Program-made: the position numbers and the translations under genes
From: a virus
Taxonomy: Duplodnaviria; Caudoviricetes
IMG/VR virus record: IMGVR_UViG_642918914_000001
Span: 128,001-192,000 of that record
Reading direction: 5' to 3' (one strand)
Length of the DNA: 64,000 nucleotides
Shown here: piece by piece, positions 20,709 through 29,804 of the stretch
Position numbering within the stretch: the first letter of the stretch is position 1
How the letters are laid out: every line of letters starts with the position of its first letter
The notes under the pieces: generated by a model
What the model was told of the DNA's origin: nothing
The model's input: the letters and a program-made list of their open reading frames with translations, nothing else
The model's database searches: none

Positions 20709-22568
20709 TTACAGAGTATCCTTACCTAGTTTCTCGACATTGCGACGGCGAAGTGTTTCGCGATAGTGCGGATCACGATCCACATTGCGTGCAATACGCA
20801 AGATGGTATCGTTGGACTTGGCGCGGCGCTCCGCACGTACTGCCGTTGGCACGTGGCGCACCTTGCCGGTCTTCGTCAGTTCAAACGTATCACCGCTATC
20901 GCCCCATTCCCGAGCCAGCAACGGAACACGCGGGTTCTGAACCAGATCGCGAATGGACTGCGAGGTGAGCGCGCCACTGCGTACGCCTGCTTCGGTGGCC
21001 TCGCCAACTGAACCGCGGTCCTCATCATCAAATTCGTGAGTGAACTCGTCCTCGCCTTCGTGTGTGGTGTCCTTGCCCGTGTACTTCTCGAGCTTCTTAC
21101 GCAGCACCGCGTCTTCTTCCAGGTCGCGAATCAGCGCGTCCGGGTCGATCTTAGCAGCAGCCATCCACAGCTTGAGCGGAACCGGAACCCCCTTGGCGCT
21201 GGCCATTTCCAGCAGTTCGGCAGCGTTCTCTTCGCCACGCGCTTCCAACGACTTATGCCAGTGCAGCGTCGGCATCTTGAGGTTGGCGCGGTTGTTGCGG
21301 TTGAACAGGAAGTCGATGATGTTGTTGCGGTTGGCACGACGCGAACGATCCACATACAGATCGTTGGTGACTGCCACCAGCGGGAAGATCTTGGAATAGA
21401 AGATGCGGTCCGTGAGGTCTTCACGGTAGGCATTCTGCGATTCCAGGAACGTAGAGTACGCGGACTCGGCACTTGCAAACGACGCGTCACCAGACAGAAG
21501 CGCTTCGCTGATGCCCAGTGCCCGCAGCTTGTACGGCGTCAAGATGTCCGCCATGTCCGTCCACTTCCAGAAGTCACCACCCGGACGCAGATCAACCGAC
21601 TGCACTGCGTTGCGCGTGATGACCCAGCCGCCCATCGGATCGAATTCAGCAGCTTGGAATTGTTCGGCGTAGGCCAGCAGTTCTTCACTGGTCGGCGTCC
21701 ACACGTCGTCGCCTGCAGTGATGTGGGTCATAGCCCGTTGACGACGCTGCGCTTCAACCAACGTACCCTTGAACAACTGCTTCTCGATCAGGTACATCGG
21801 CAGGATGCGATGCAGATACGACGTGTATGCACGGTCGGTCGTCGACCGGCGCGGCACGAACAGCGTGGTAACCGGATCCAGGGTGAATGCACCGCTGCGC
21901 AGCATGTCGATGAACTGGCTGGGCATCGACTGCAGATAGCGCTTGGCGTACTCCGACGTGTCGTGCATGAACTGCTGCGTCGCCTGTCCTACCCGCACGT
22001 TGATCGTCGGATCGATGTTGAAGAACGGCGACGGAATGACGGCACACGACAGTGCATCGTGGATCAGGGTGTCCAGGAAGCGACGGCTGCCTTGGTCGAA
22101 CACCAGACTGCCGCAGAAGAAGCCGTCCACCAAATGCGCCGTGCTGATTAGCGGCATCATCTGCTCAAGATTGAGTTGGGCCAGCGCCGAGTCGAACGGT
22201 TCCAGGTCCTTCGAGTCCAAGCCACGAAGCTCGAATTCGGAGAACGGGAAGCGCGACTGAATGTCAACGCAAGATCCGGCCACATTATCCAGCAGATAGA
22301 TGTCGCGGTAGAACAGGGCCAGGGTCGACGTGTCGATCAGGTACGGATCCGCTGGGATGATACCCGTCAGCATGTACTGATATGCGGAACCGAAGAAGCT
22401 AGACACGCTGAGGCTTGCGGCCCCAACGCTGCCGCCACCCACGTTAGCCGTCACTTGCTGCTTGCCATTGGAGCGGCTACGAAATGCGGCGTGGGTCTGT
22501 TGTTGAGCGTGCGGCTGGACACTGATGCCCGTTCCGTTCACACCCAGAATGCGCTGACGTGAAAACAT
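20709..22568 (-). CDS. portal protein (probable)
   Basis: YRDIY…VAGSCVDI…FP, LRALGISEALLSGDASFASAES; near the terminase. Confidence 0.7.
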   Translation of the reverse strand: MFSRQRILGVNGTGISVQPHAQQQTHAAFRSRSNGKQQVTANVGGGSVGAASLSVSSFFGSAYQYMLTGIIPADPYLIDTSTLALFYRDIYLLDNVAGSCVDIQSRFPFSEFELRGLDSKDLEPFDSALAQLNLEQMMPLISTAHLVDGFFCGSLVFDQGSRRFLDTLIHDALSCAVIPSPFFNIDPTINVRVGQATQQFMHDTSEYAKRYLQSMPSQFIDMLRSGAFTLDPVTTLFVPRRSTTDRAYTSYLHRILPMYLIEKQLFKGTLVEAQRRQRAMTHITAGDDVWTPTSEELLAYAEQFQAAEFDPMGGWVITRNAVQSVDLRPGGDFWKWTDMADILTPYKLRALGISEALLSGDASFASAESAYSTFLESQNAYREDLTDRIFYSKIFPLVAVTNDLYVDRSRRANRNNIIDFLFNRNNRANLKMPTLHWHKSLEARGEENAAELLEMASAKGVPVPLKLWMAAAKIDPDALIRDLEEDAVLRKKLEKYTGKDTTHEGEDEFTHEFDDEDRGSVGEATEAGVRSGALTSQSIRDLVQNPRVPLLAREWGDSGDTFELTKTGKVRHVPTAVRAERRAKSNDTILRIARNVDRDPHYRETLRRRNVEKLGKDTL

Positions 22569-22569
22569 T

Positions 22570-23022
22570 TCAGCTCTTCCTCTTATAGCGAGTTGCGTCT
22601 GCCTTCTTGAAGACAACGCGAACCATCAATTGGAATACGGCCTGCGGATCCAGGTCCATAGATTTGGCGCTCTGCACAGCGCGAATGGGATACTTGCGCT
22701 TGCGTTCAGGGCGCGGCTGCACCACAAACACACCGACGCCCTTCGGAATCAGATGCTGCACTGCGTCGTACGTGGCCTCGTCCATAGCGAAGTAGAACTT
22801 GTGGCAGTGATCAAGGTACTCCTGCCACTTCGTGTCCCGAACGAAGTCTTGCTTGCACGACTTAGTCTCAACAACGATCACGTGTCCGCGCATGTTGATG
22901 GCCAGCACGTCAACACGGCGACGGCCCCGACGCACGACGCCCGCCTCGTACACCACAGCATAGCGCTTCTTCGTGAGATACTGCGTGACCGCGGTCTTCA
23001 GCTGAGCAGCATCCATTGTCAC
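22570..23022 (-). CDS. mmcB: MmcB-family PD-(D/E)xK endonuclease
   Basis: RVDVLA…IVVETKS…DF..D.KW.EYL..C..FYFA. Confidence 0.8.
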   Translation of the reverse strand: MTMDAAQLKTAVTQYLTKKRYAVVYEAGVVRRGRRRVDVLAINMRGHVIVVETKSCKQDFVRDTKWQEYLDHCHKFYFAMDEATYDAVQHLIPKGVGVFVVQPRPERKRKYPIRAVQSAKSMDLDPQAVFQLMVRVVFKKADATRYKRKS

Positions 23023-23813
23023 CTCTGCAGTGCCTGAACAGTCTGCGCCTTGATCTCCTCGTACTTCGAGTTGATGACGTTGGCCACCCGCCCTCGACTG
23101 TCCATCTGCGATTGACGCACCCGCGCATAGACGCCGTCGGGCACCAGCTCCTTCATATCGCTGAGCACCGTCGCGTACTCGGTAACGATCTGCGTAGCAA
23201 TGTCCAAGAACGCCGGGCGAATGATGGATTCGACGATCTGCATACCGACCGCCCCACGATCCTGCCGCGCTTGCAAGTCGATGACCAGTTCACGAATGGT
23301 CTGGATCGTGCCGTTCAACGAGTGAACGCCGTATCGACCATTGGACTGACGGATGCCGGTTTCCAGCTGCGGAAGCAAGTCGATCAGCGTTTGGATCAGC
23401 CGTCGATTCAGAAGATCGGTGGCACGCTCGGTGTCTTCCTGCTCCAGCAACTGCTGGATGGTCTCGGCATCGTCGCCGATGATGGACGTAACGGCAGTCT
23501 TGTCGAACTTGGACAGCTTGCGCTGCTTCGGTTCTTCGACCAGTGCTGGTAGCAAGTCCTTGGAACGCTTTTCGGCGTTCTTGCGGATGTTCTCTTTAGC
23601 CTCTTCCAGCCGCTTCTTCTTGGCTTTGGCGCGCTTGCGCCGCAACGCATCCTGTGCAGCATCTACAGCTTCAGGGTCCTCCATCTGCTGACGTCGGCTT
23701 TCCTTTGGCTGCTTGCTGACCAACTTCTTCTTGGTGGGTTTAGAGCTTACGTCAATGGTGAAGCTCATGTGGTCAGGTTCTTTGTTCTTGGCCATGAGCT
23801 GGTCCTCGGTCAC
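23019..23813 (-). CDS. hypothetical protein (possible terminase small subunit)
   Basis: Basic N-terminus and helical C-terminus; lies between terminase and portal. Confidence 0.5.
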   Translation of the reverse strand: MTEDQLMAKNKEPDHMSFTIDVSSKPTKKKLVSKQPKESRRQQMEDPEAVDAAQDALRRKRAKAKKKRLEEAKENIRKNAEKRSKDLLPALVEEPKQRKLSKFDKTAVTSIIGDDAETIQQLLEQEDTERATDLLNRRLIQTLIDLLPQLETGIRQSNGRYGVHSLNGTIQTIRELVIDLQARQDRGAVGMQIVESIIRPAFLDIATQIVTEYATVLSDMKELVPDGVYARVRQSQMDSRGRVANVINSKYEEIKAQTVQALQR

Positions 23814-24061
23814 TCAGCGGCGTCCGCTGTTGGAATTGCGATACGATGGCGCGTGCACACCATGACTGGGATGCCGTTGGCATGCGATGCGAGCATCGGC
23901 TGCTGGCATTCGGGACACAAACCAGCACCCGCCACTTCAGCGCTCATGTTGATGCGCGCTTCCACCTTGTTGGGAACAGGTTCCGGTGCCAGTCGCGCAG
24001 TGAGCGCGGAACGTGCTTCGGTGAATGCCTTTGGGAGCTTCTGGGTCATAGTCAACCTCAC
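23810..24061 (-). CDS. small zinc-ribbon protein
   Basis: CPEC…CTRH. Confidence 0.55.
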   Translation of the reverse strand: MRLTMTQKLPKAFTEARSALTARLAPEPVPNKVEARINMSAEVAGAGLCPECQQPMLASHANGIPVMVCTRHRIAIPTADAAE

Positions 24062-24660
24062 ATCCTTCGTTGTAGAAGGGGCAGGCGGGAAGTGTTCTCC
24101 ACCTGTACCCCAACATCGGCGGGCTCAAAATCCAACTGCGTTCGCAAACCCTTTTCCAGACCGTACACACCGATCAGCGATGCATCCAGCTGATGAGGTG
24201 GCACCAAGACCTGACGATACAGATCGTCGAGTGCAAAGTCAAAGCGTCGCTGGTAGGCGAGCTTCCACTGACTGGCGACGATCAGCAGCGTGTTCAGGCC
24301 GAAGTGCGCACTGACCAGAGCGTTCATAGTGGTGACGATTTCGATCAGTGGGCCGCCGATGCCGCGTGTCTGGAAGCGTTCTGCGATCAGCGCTTGCGGC
24401 TTGTACAGCTCCACCCACTGACCGATCTCGGCAAGGAACGTCTTCTTCTGAACCTCGAAGCGGGTCAAGTCGAAGATGGGATTGGTGACGATGGAGTTGG
24501 CCATCACCCGGACCTTGCCGTTTTTGGTCGCCACACAGCTGATCCCAAAATTGCGAGAACCCGGGTCAAAAGACAGAACACGTATCGTGTCGTCCTTCAG
24601 CCCGGATTTCGAGGGTAGCGTGTACGTCTTGTTGGGTTTGCGAGATTTCTTTCGAGCCAT
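24058..24660 (-). CDS. ruvC: RuvC-like Holliday junction resolvase
   Basis: VLSFDPGSRNFG, IAER, HQLDA RNase H-fold acidic triad. Confidence 0.8.
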   Translation of the reverse strand: MARKKSRKPNKTYTLPSKSGLKDDTIRVLSFDPGSRNFGISCVATKNGKVRVMANSIVTNPIFDLTRFEVQKKTFLAEIGQWVELYKPQALIAERFQTRGIGGPLIEIVTTMNALVSAHFGLNTLLIVASQWKLAYQRRFDFALDDLYRQVLVPPHQLDASLIGVYGLEKGLRTQLDFEPADVGVQVENTSRLPLLQRRM

Positions 24661-24689
24661 GTTGCCTCCATGACATCAAATTGGAGGGA

Positions 24690-26882
24690 TCAGCGCAAAC
24701 CCGGATGCCGATAACCACCACGACTTAGGAACACAGGACGTGCAGCAGCCCCACCCTGCGCGCCATACACGAAGTCCTTGGCCTCGATCAACTTCTCCAT
24801 GACCTTCGGATTGTGAATGGTGGACAGAAGGAGGACCAGCGAACGGAAGATGTCATCGGTCATGCCTTCGCCCTTCTCGGGACAGCGACTCTCTCCAACG
24901 TCACGCACTGTCAGCATTTGCAACAACAGATGGGCGATCGGCTTGTTCAACATCTCTTGCCGATAGTTCTCAACCATACCTTCGATGGCGCGCTCCGCAT
25001 CTTTCTTGTCGACCGACGGCAGGACCGCATTCCGCTGTTCCAACATGCCACGAGCCATGTCGAAGTCTTTGCGACGTGGACTGTACTGCTTGGACTCGGT
25101 CCGCGTCTTTCCCTTTGGGTTCTTACCCATGTCCATCTTGATGCGGTGCAGCAGATCCAACGACTGCCACTGGTCGGCAACCATCCCGATCGCGTTCAGG
25201 TCTTTGGCCAACGGAAAGATGATCTTCTCGTAGATCAGATTGAAGTTGACTGCGCGCCCGTCGTGTGGCATGCACTCCAGGATGGTGGTGACCACCGTCT
25301 TGCCTGTATCGAAGTTGTAGTGACCCGCGGTCACGCAGAAGCTGTTGTTGACCGATCCAGCGTCCAGCGAGATGACCGACGGATACTTGAACGTACGAAT
25401 GCGTTCGATGCGTCCATAGATCTCACCCGGTCGATCGTACAGGTAGATGAAGTTGTGGCTGTTCTGCCCGTTGATGAAGAGATCGCTCTCTACGGTCTTC
25501 ACCTGAATGAACCGCGAGTGCACCGCCGGAGGATTCGCGCCAAAGTCGCGCTCTGCCTTTTCCGCGTTCGACGCATAGGCAGCAGCGATCACAGGGGTCT
25601 GACGCGTCATGAACGGGTTGACCTCCCAAGTGGGAAGGTTCACGCCCAAGATGTACTTCGAGCCCTCTTCTGTGCGCGACTCCTTTAACAGGCGCATCAT
25701 CTTGTCACGCAAGCTGATGGGCGAGCTCACGTTGAAGAGAATGGGAGGCGGCGCTGTGTTGTAGCCCTTCGACAGCAGTTCGTTATACGCCAAGTTGACC
25801 GTGGTCAGGCTGTTGTACAGCGACTTGTGAGCCTCGTCGGCGTTCGCGCGTTCGCTGTTCTCGTCCTCTTCCTCGTCACCAGACGGCAACGGGAACAAGC
25901 CCAATTCGTCAAGGGCACCACCAACGCGCGTGTCACCCCGCAGCGTTGTACTCATGGGACCGGACGGATAGAAGCGAAGGTTCTTGGTGTAGAACGATGC
26001 GTAGATGGTGGAGATGCGATACAGCTCCTTTCCATAACGCTGCTTGTAGTGATCCATCAGCGCCAAGTAGTCCTTGAACCACTTGTTGTCTTCAGTAATC
26101 AGCTTCTTGTAGGGAGTCCACATCACGCCGATTGCCTTGGATGCAGACAGGCTGACGAAGGTGAACGTCAACTCAGTGGATGCCTGCATACTGCTCGTCA
26201 TGTCTGCGTAGTTCGGGAACTTCAGCAGCATGTGCGTGAGGTACGACGCGTAGGTAGCCAGCGATGACGACTTACCACTCCGCTGACCAAGGACCGAGGC
26301 CAATTGGATGTAGTTGCGCAGGCCGTGCTTTTGGATGAGCTCCCACTTGTTTCGCTTGCACTTCGGGCACTTTCCATGTTCCAAGAACACAAGGTGCTCG
26401 GGCATGTCCTTTGCCTTGTAGTCCTTCGGCACATTGTGGACGTCCAGCCAGTCCTTGTTGGAACACACTGGGCAGATCTCGCCGAACAGCATGGCGCCGA
26501 TCCACATCTGGCGCGACCATGGATGGTGAACGCGCTTGCCGCTCAGATTGATAGCGAAGTCGTAGAAGTTCTTGGCACGCGGTAGATCCCGAGTGTCAAT
26601 CTTGAGATCGTGTAGGGTTCCCGTTTCGGGGTCTTCCAAGTCATCCATGTACCGGCGCACGTCGAAGTCGGCGATCGCGTTGCCTTGATCGTCAAATCCA
26701 CCGCCCGGCAGGATGTACTCGTCTTCCTTCACGTCCAGCAATTTGCTGGTCAGCTTCTTGCCGCTTTTCTTGGCCTTCTTCTTGCGGCGAAGATGGATTG
26801 CTTCCATCTCTTCAGAGGACAACAGCCCTGGAAACAGGGTGTCGGCCTTGGTCTTCATCAGGTGTGCGATATCCATAGCCAC
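24690..26882 (-). CDS. terL: terminase large subunit
   Basis: Walker A LGQRSGKS, Walker B ALDEL, motif III VSSP, nuclease SLDAG…DQWQS…TDD; CPVC/CPKC zinc insert. Confidence 0.85.
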   Translation of the reverse strand: MAMDIAHLMKTKADTLFPGLLSSEEMEAIHLRRKKKAKKSGKKLTSKLLDVKEDEYILPGGGFDDQGNAIADFDVRRYMDDLEDPETGTLHDLKIDTRDLPRAKNFYDFAINLSGKRVHHPWSRQMWIGAMLFGEICPVCSNKDWLDVHNVPKDYKAKDMPEHLVFLEHGKCPKCKRNKWELIQKHGLRNYIQLASVLGQRSGKSSSLATYASYLTHMLLKFPNYADMTSSMQASTELTFTFVSLSASKAIGVMWTPYKKLITEDNKWFKDYLALMDHYKQRYGKELYRISTIYASFYTKNLRFYPSGPMSTTLRGDTRVGGALDELGLFPLPSGDEEEDENSERANADEAHKSLYNSLTTVNLAYNELLSKGYNTAPPPILFNVSSPISLRDKMMRLLKESRTEEGSKYILGVNLPTWEVNPFMTRQTPVIAAAYASNAEKAERDFGANPPAVHSRFIQVKTVESDLFINGQNSHNFIYLYDRPGEIYGRIERIRTFKYPSVISLDAGSVNNSFCVTAGHYNFDTGKTVVTTILECMPHDGRAVNFNLIYEKIIFPLAKDLNAIGMVADQWQSLDLLHRIKMDMGKNPKGKTRTESKQYSPRRKDFDMARGMLEQRNAVLPSVDKKDAERAIEGMVENYRQEMLNKPIAHLLLQMLTVRDVGESRCPEKGEGMTDDIFRSLVLLLSTIHNPKVMEKLIEAKDFVYGAQGGAAARPVFLSRGGYRHPGLR

Positions 26883-26908
26883 TCACTCTACAACTGGAAC
26901 CGCGAATG

Positions 26909-27277
26909 TCAGACGCCCTCTACCCAGCGAAGGAATCGACGCCAGAGGCCACGATCCTCCAGCGCCCAGCGCTTTTCGCGCTCTTCACGGGCGATTGCTT
27001 GAAGACGTTCAATGACTTGATCGGCGTGCTCCAGCTGCTGCCGGAGACGCTGAGTACGACCTTCTGCCTTCTGTGCACGGCGATGCATAGTGTGGGCTCG
27101 TGCGTTGGCCTTGGACAGCTCAACACTCAAGCGATGTACCTCGTGGACGTTGGTCGTGTAGTGCTCAACATCCACGAGGACGGTACCACGCGTCATGACC
27201 ACGCATGAAGTTTCCGGATCCACGTGCGGATCACTCGGCGGCTTCATTCCCACTGGCGGGTTCAGGTTTTCGTGCAC
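26909..27277 (-). CDS. hypothetical coiled-coil protein
   Basis: 122-aa ORF overlapping the upstream gene end. Confidence 0.55.
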   Translation of the reverse strand: MHENLNPPVGMKPPSDPHVDPETSCVVMTRGTVLVDVEHYTTNVHEVHRLSVELSKANARAHTMHRRAQKAEGRTQRLRQQLEHADQVIERLQAIAREEREKRWALEDRGLWRRFLRWVEGV

Positions 27278-27867
27278 GGCGTTCGTATTCCATTGGGTTG
27301 ACGATCAGCACCTCCTTCTTAGGAGTAATGCTGTCCAGTAGATACTGCACGGTGGACGATGGGAGCTTGAGATAGCGCGTGATGTAGCGCGCGAGCACCA
27401 GCGTCGCTCCCTTGTGCAGCATATGCTCAAACTGGGCAAATTGACTTTCGTCGATCGGCACACCAAGCGCCCGCTGCACTACGTCCTTCGCCTGCTGACT
27501 TCCGGCTTGTGCTCCCAGCGTGAGCGGCGCAACGTCCCGCAGCCAGAACTCACGGACCCGCGTCAGATTCTTGTCCAACACCGGTCGCAGTTCCTGCTGA
27601 TAGGTCTTACGGCGTTCTTCAACCTGCTGGTCAATGAACTCCACCTCTCTTGGGCACGCTGATGGATTTGCGCGCTTCCACCTCCTGCGACACGGACTTG
27701 GTCGGCTGGTAGAAGAAGCGCGATCGGCGAGATACTCGTTCACGCCGCTCCAACATCGACTCAGCCTGTGCAAGAGGCCGCCCAATGTTGGAGATGGCAG
27801 CGAGTACCGAGTCGGCCTGCTCTTCTTCCTTCTTCGTGCTGAGAACCAATGTGCTACTCGTTGCCAC
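27231..27867 (-). CDS. hypothetical protein, apparently split by a frameshift near 27648
   Basis: GAGG RBS at 27867. Removing one base in AAGAGAG joins …SVPK to EVEFIDQQ…. Confidence 0.5.
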
Positions 27868-27875
27868 GATGCCTC

Positions 27876-28268
27876 CTATTGCGGATCCAGCTTCTTAGTG
27901 TCCACCATCTCGTACTCGTAGGTCACGGTCATGTGCAGTGGCTCACTTTCCGCGCCGAACAACGCGGTTTGTTGGGAGCCGCTCATGGCGGTGATCGTGC
28001 GGTACGAGAGCCGGCTGAAAGTGAACGACACGATGGGCTTGAGCTCGGAACACAAGATGAGCTCAATGCTGGCACCCGGTTCCATAATGGAGGGCGGCGG
28101 AAGCGGCGCTTCTTCCGTGGGCACAATCACCAGCGACAGTTTGGAGCCCTTGATGCTGTAGCTTGTGACTCGCGGGTCCACGACGCCGTTCACACGGACT
28201 TGGAAGTCGCAGCTGAGAAGGGGCCGCCCCAAATCCGTCATCGCCGCCACATCATTCATCGTCGTCAT
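27876..28268 (-). CDS. hypothetical protein
   Basis: 130-aa ORF in the operon. Confidence 0.55.
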   Translation of the reverse strand: MTTMNDVAAMTDLGRPLLSCDFQVRVNGVVDPRVTSYSIKGSKLSLVIVPTEEAPLPPPSIMEPGASIELILCSELKPIVSFTFSRLSYRTITAMSGSQQTALFGAESEPLHMTVTYEYEMVDTKKLDPQ

Positions 28269-28274
28269 CTTCTT

Positions 28275-29720
28275 TCACCTTGGAGTTCTTGAAGGCGTTG
28301 TACAGCGTTCGCCCTTGCCGGTGGCGACTTGCTTGAAGCAGAAGGCACGCAGATCCATCGGCTTGTAGCCCAGTGCCTGACTGATCTTCGTCTTCTCTTC
28401 CTTGGAACCGAGAACCCACTTCTTCAGCGTGCCCCAGTCGATCGACCGCTTGGCTGCACCCATGCCTTCGAGATCGAGGAACATGTTCTTGCGGTTCTTC
28501 GCGGTGAGCTGGCCAGTGGACTGCAGATAGTGCATGGTGTCGAAGAACGGGTCGAAGCCGCGAGCCTTGCCCGAACTGTCCGAGACCCAGATGCGAACCC
28601 ACATCTTGCGACCGGGGTTTGCCAGCTTGTTCTTCTTGTTGACGACCTGAACGTATCGGTAGCGATCCTTGCCACCGTCCGCCGACGGCTCGATTTCCAC
28701 ACGCTCTTCGCCGTCGAACTTGGCGTTGAACGGCATACCGCTTGCACGCGAATTCCACCAGTTGCGCACGTCGCTGTTGAAGCGCAGCGCCTGACCGCAA
28801 GCTTCCTTTTCCTTCGGGCCGTACATGGCCATCGGCACTTCGCGCAGCTGATTGACGCCGACCATTGCCACCATCTTCTGTGCGAGACGGCCCTTGACGC
28901 GAGGCAGATGCTTGGCGAAGAATCGAGCGTGGAGGCCCAAGCTGTTGTTGGCTTCTTCGTTGTCGTTGGCTTCCGGGTTCATGGCCGGATACGAATCGAC
29001 GAGGATCAGCGCTTGGAGGCTGCCGTCTTCAGTGGGCACCCACAGACCCTTGCCGTACTTGCGGGCCATGTTGGCGTCAGCCTGCTGGCTGTAAGCCGCC
29101 TTGTGCTTCTTGTTGCTCTCGTCGAAGACCAGCCACCACTTGTTGGCGACGAACTTCTTGTCCGGCATATCGCGCAGCATCTCGGCCAGCCAGTCGAAGA
29201 ACTTCTCGCCTCGCGTTTCAGCGATATAGCGAACGCGCGGAGGAGTCGTCCACTTGCCCGTTGCCGGGTCCTTGACGCCGAACAGTTCCTTCGGGCCTTG
29301 CTTCACACCCATCGTCTGCAGGATGTTGCCGACGTAGTCCAAGCTGTTGGCGGTCGACCCTTCATAGTCCCAGAAGGCGGTGGGGATGCCAGCCTTGACG
29401 GCTGCTGCCATTAGCGCGATGGCGCCCGTGGTCTTACCACCTTGCTCGAAACCGGCGCTCGTGTACATCGCAGGGCGAATGCCACCGCCCAAGATCAGAT
29501 CGTACGCCAGCAGACCGGTGGACAGGGGCTTCACGTTGTCCATCAGATCGGTGTCCACACCCTGACGCTTGCTGATCTCGTCCATGGTGTCGGTCATCAT
29601 GCTGAAGTAGTCGAATGTGGCCTTCGACATTTTCGGCGAATCCCCTGCGTCAGCGGCTGCGCGCTTTCCCTTCTTCGCGGCTGGAGCTTCTTTCTGCTTC
29701 ACTTGCTTCTTGGTTGCCAT
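28275..29720 (-). CDS. recA: RecA/UvsX-like recombinase (C-terminus possibly frameshifted; alternative stop at 28252)
   Basis: STGLLAYDLILGGGI, GFEQGGKTT, WDYE, ILVDS, VNQLR, GQALRFNSDVR, KNK. Confidence 0.9.
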   Translation of the reverse strand: MATKKQVKQKEAPAAKKGKRAAADAGDSPKMSKATFDYFSMMTDTMDEISKRQGVDTDLMDNVKPLSTGLLAYDLILGGGIRPAMYTSAGFEQGGKTTGAIALMAAAVKAGIPTAFWDYEGSTANSLDYVGNILQTMGVKQGPKELFGVKDPATGKWTTPPRVRYIAETRGEKFFDWLAEMLRDMPDKKFVANKWWLVFDESNKKHKAAYSQQADANMARKYGKGLWVPTEDGSLQALILVDSYPAMNPEANDNEEANNSLGLHARFFAKHLPRVKGRLAQKMVAMVGVNQLREVPMAMYGPKEKEACGQALRFNSDVRNWWNSRASGMPFNAKFDGEERVEIEPSADGGKDRYRYVQVVNKKNKLANPGRKMWVRIWVSDSSGKARGFDPFFDTMHYLQSTGQLTAKNRKNMFLDLEGMGAAKRSIDWGTLKKWVLGSKEEKTKISQALGYKPMDLRAFCFKQVATGKGERCTTPSRTPR

Positions 29721-29755
29721 GTGTTGTCCTGTGAAACTGTGTGCTGTATGAAGAC

Positions 29756-29788
29756 AAAAAGGCCCACCCAGTCGTTACCGGATGGGCC
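29756..29788 (-). terminator. rho-independent terminator after the SSB gene
   Basis: GGCCCATCCGGT-AACG-ACTGGGTGGGCC followed by TTTTT on the - strand. Confidence 0.8.
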
Positions 29789-29804
29789 GCAAAGGACGAA
29801 CTAC

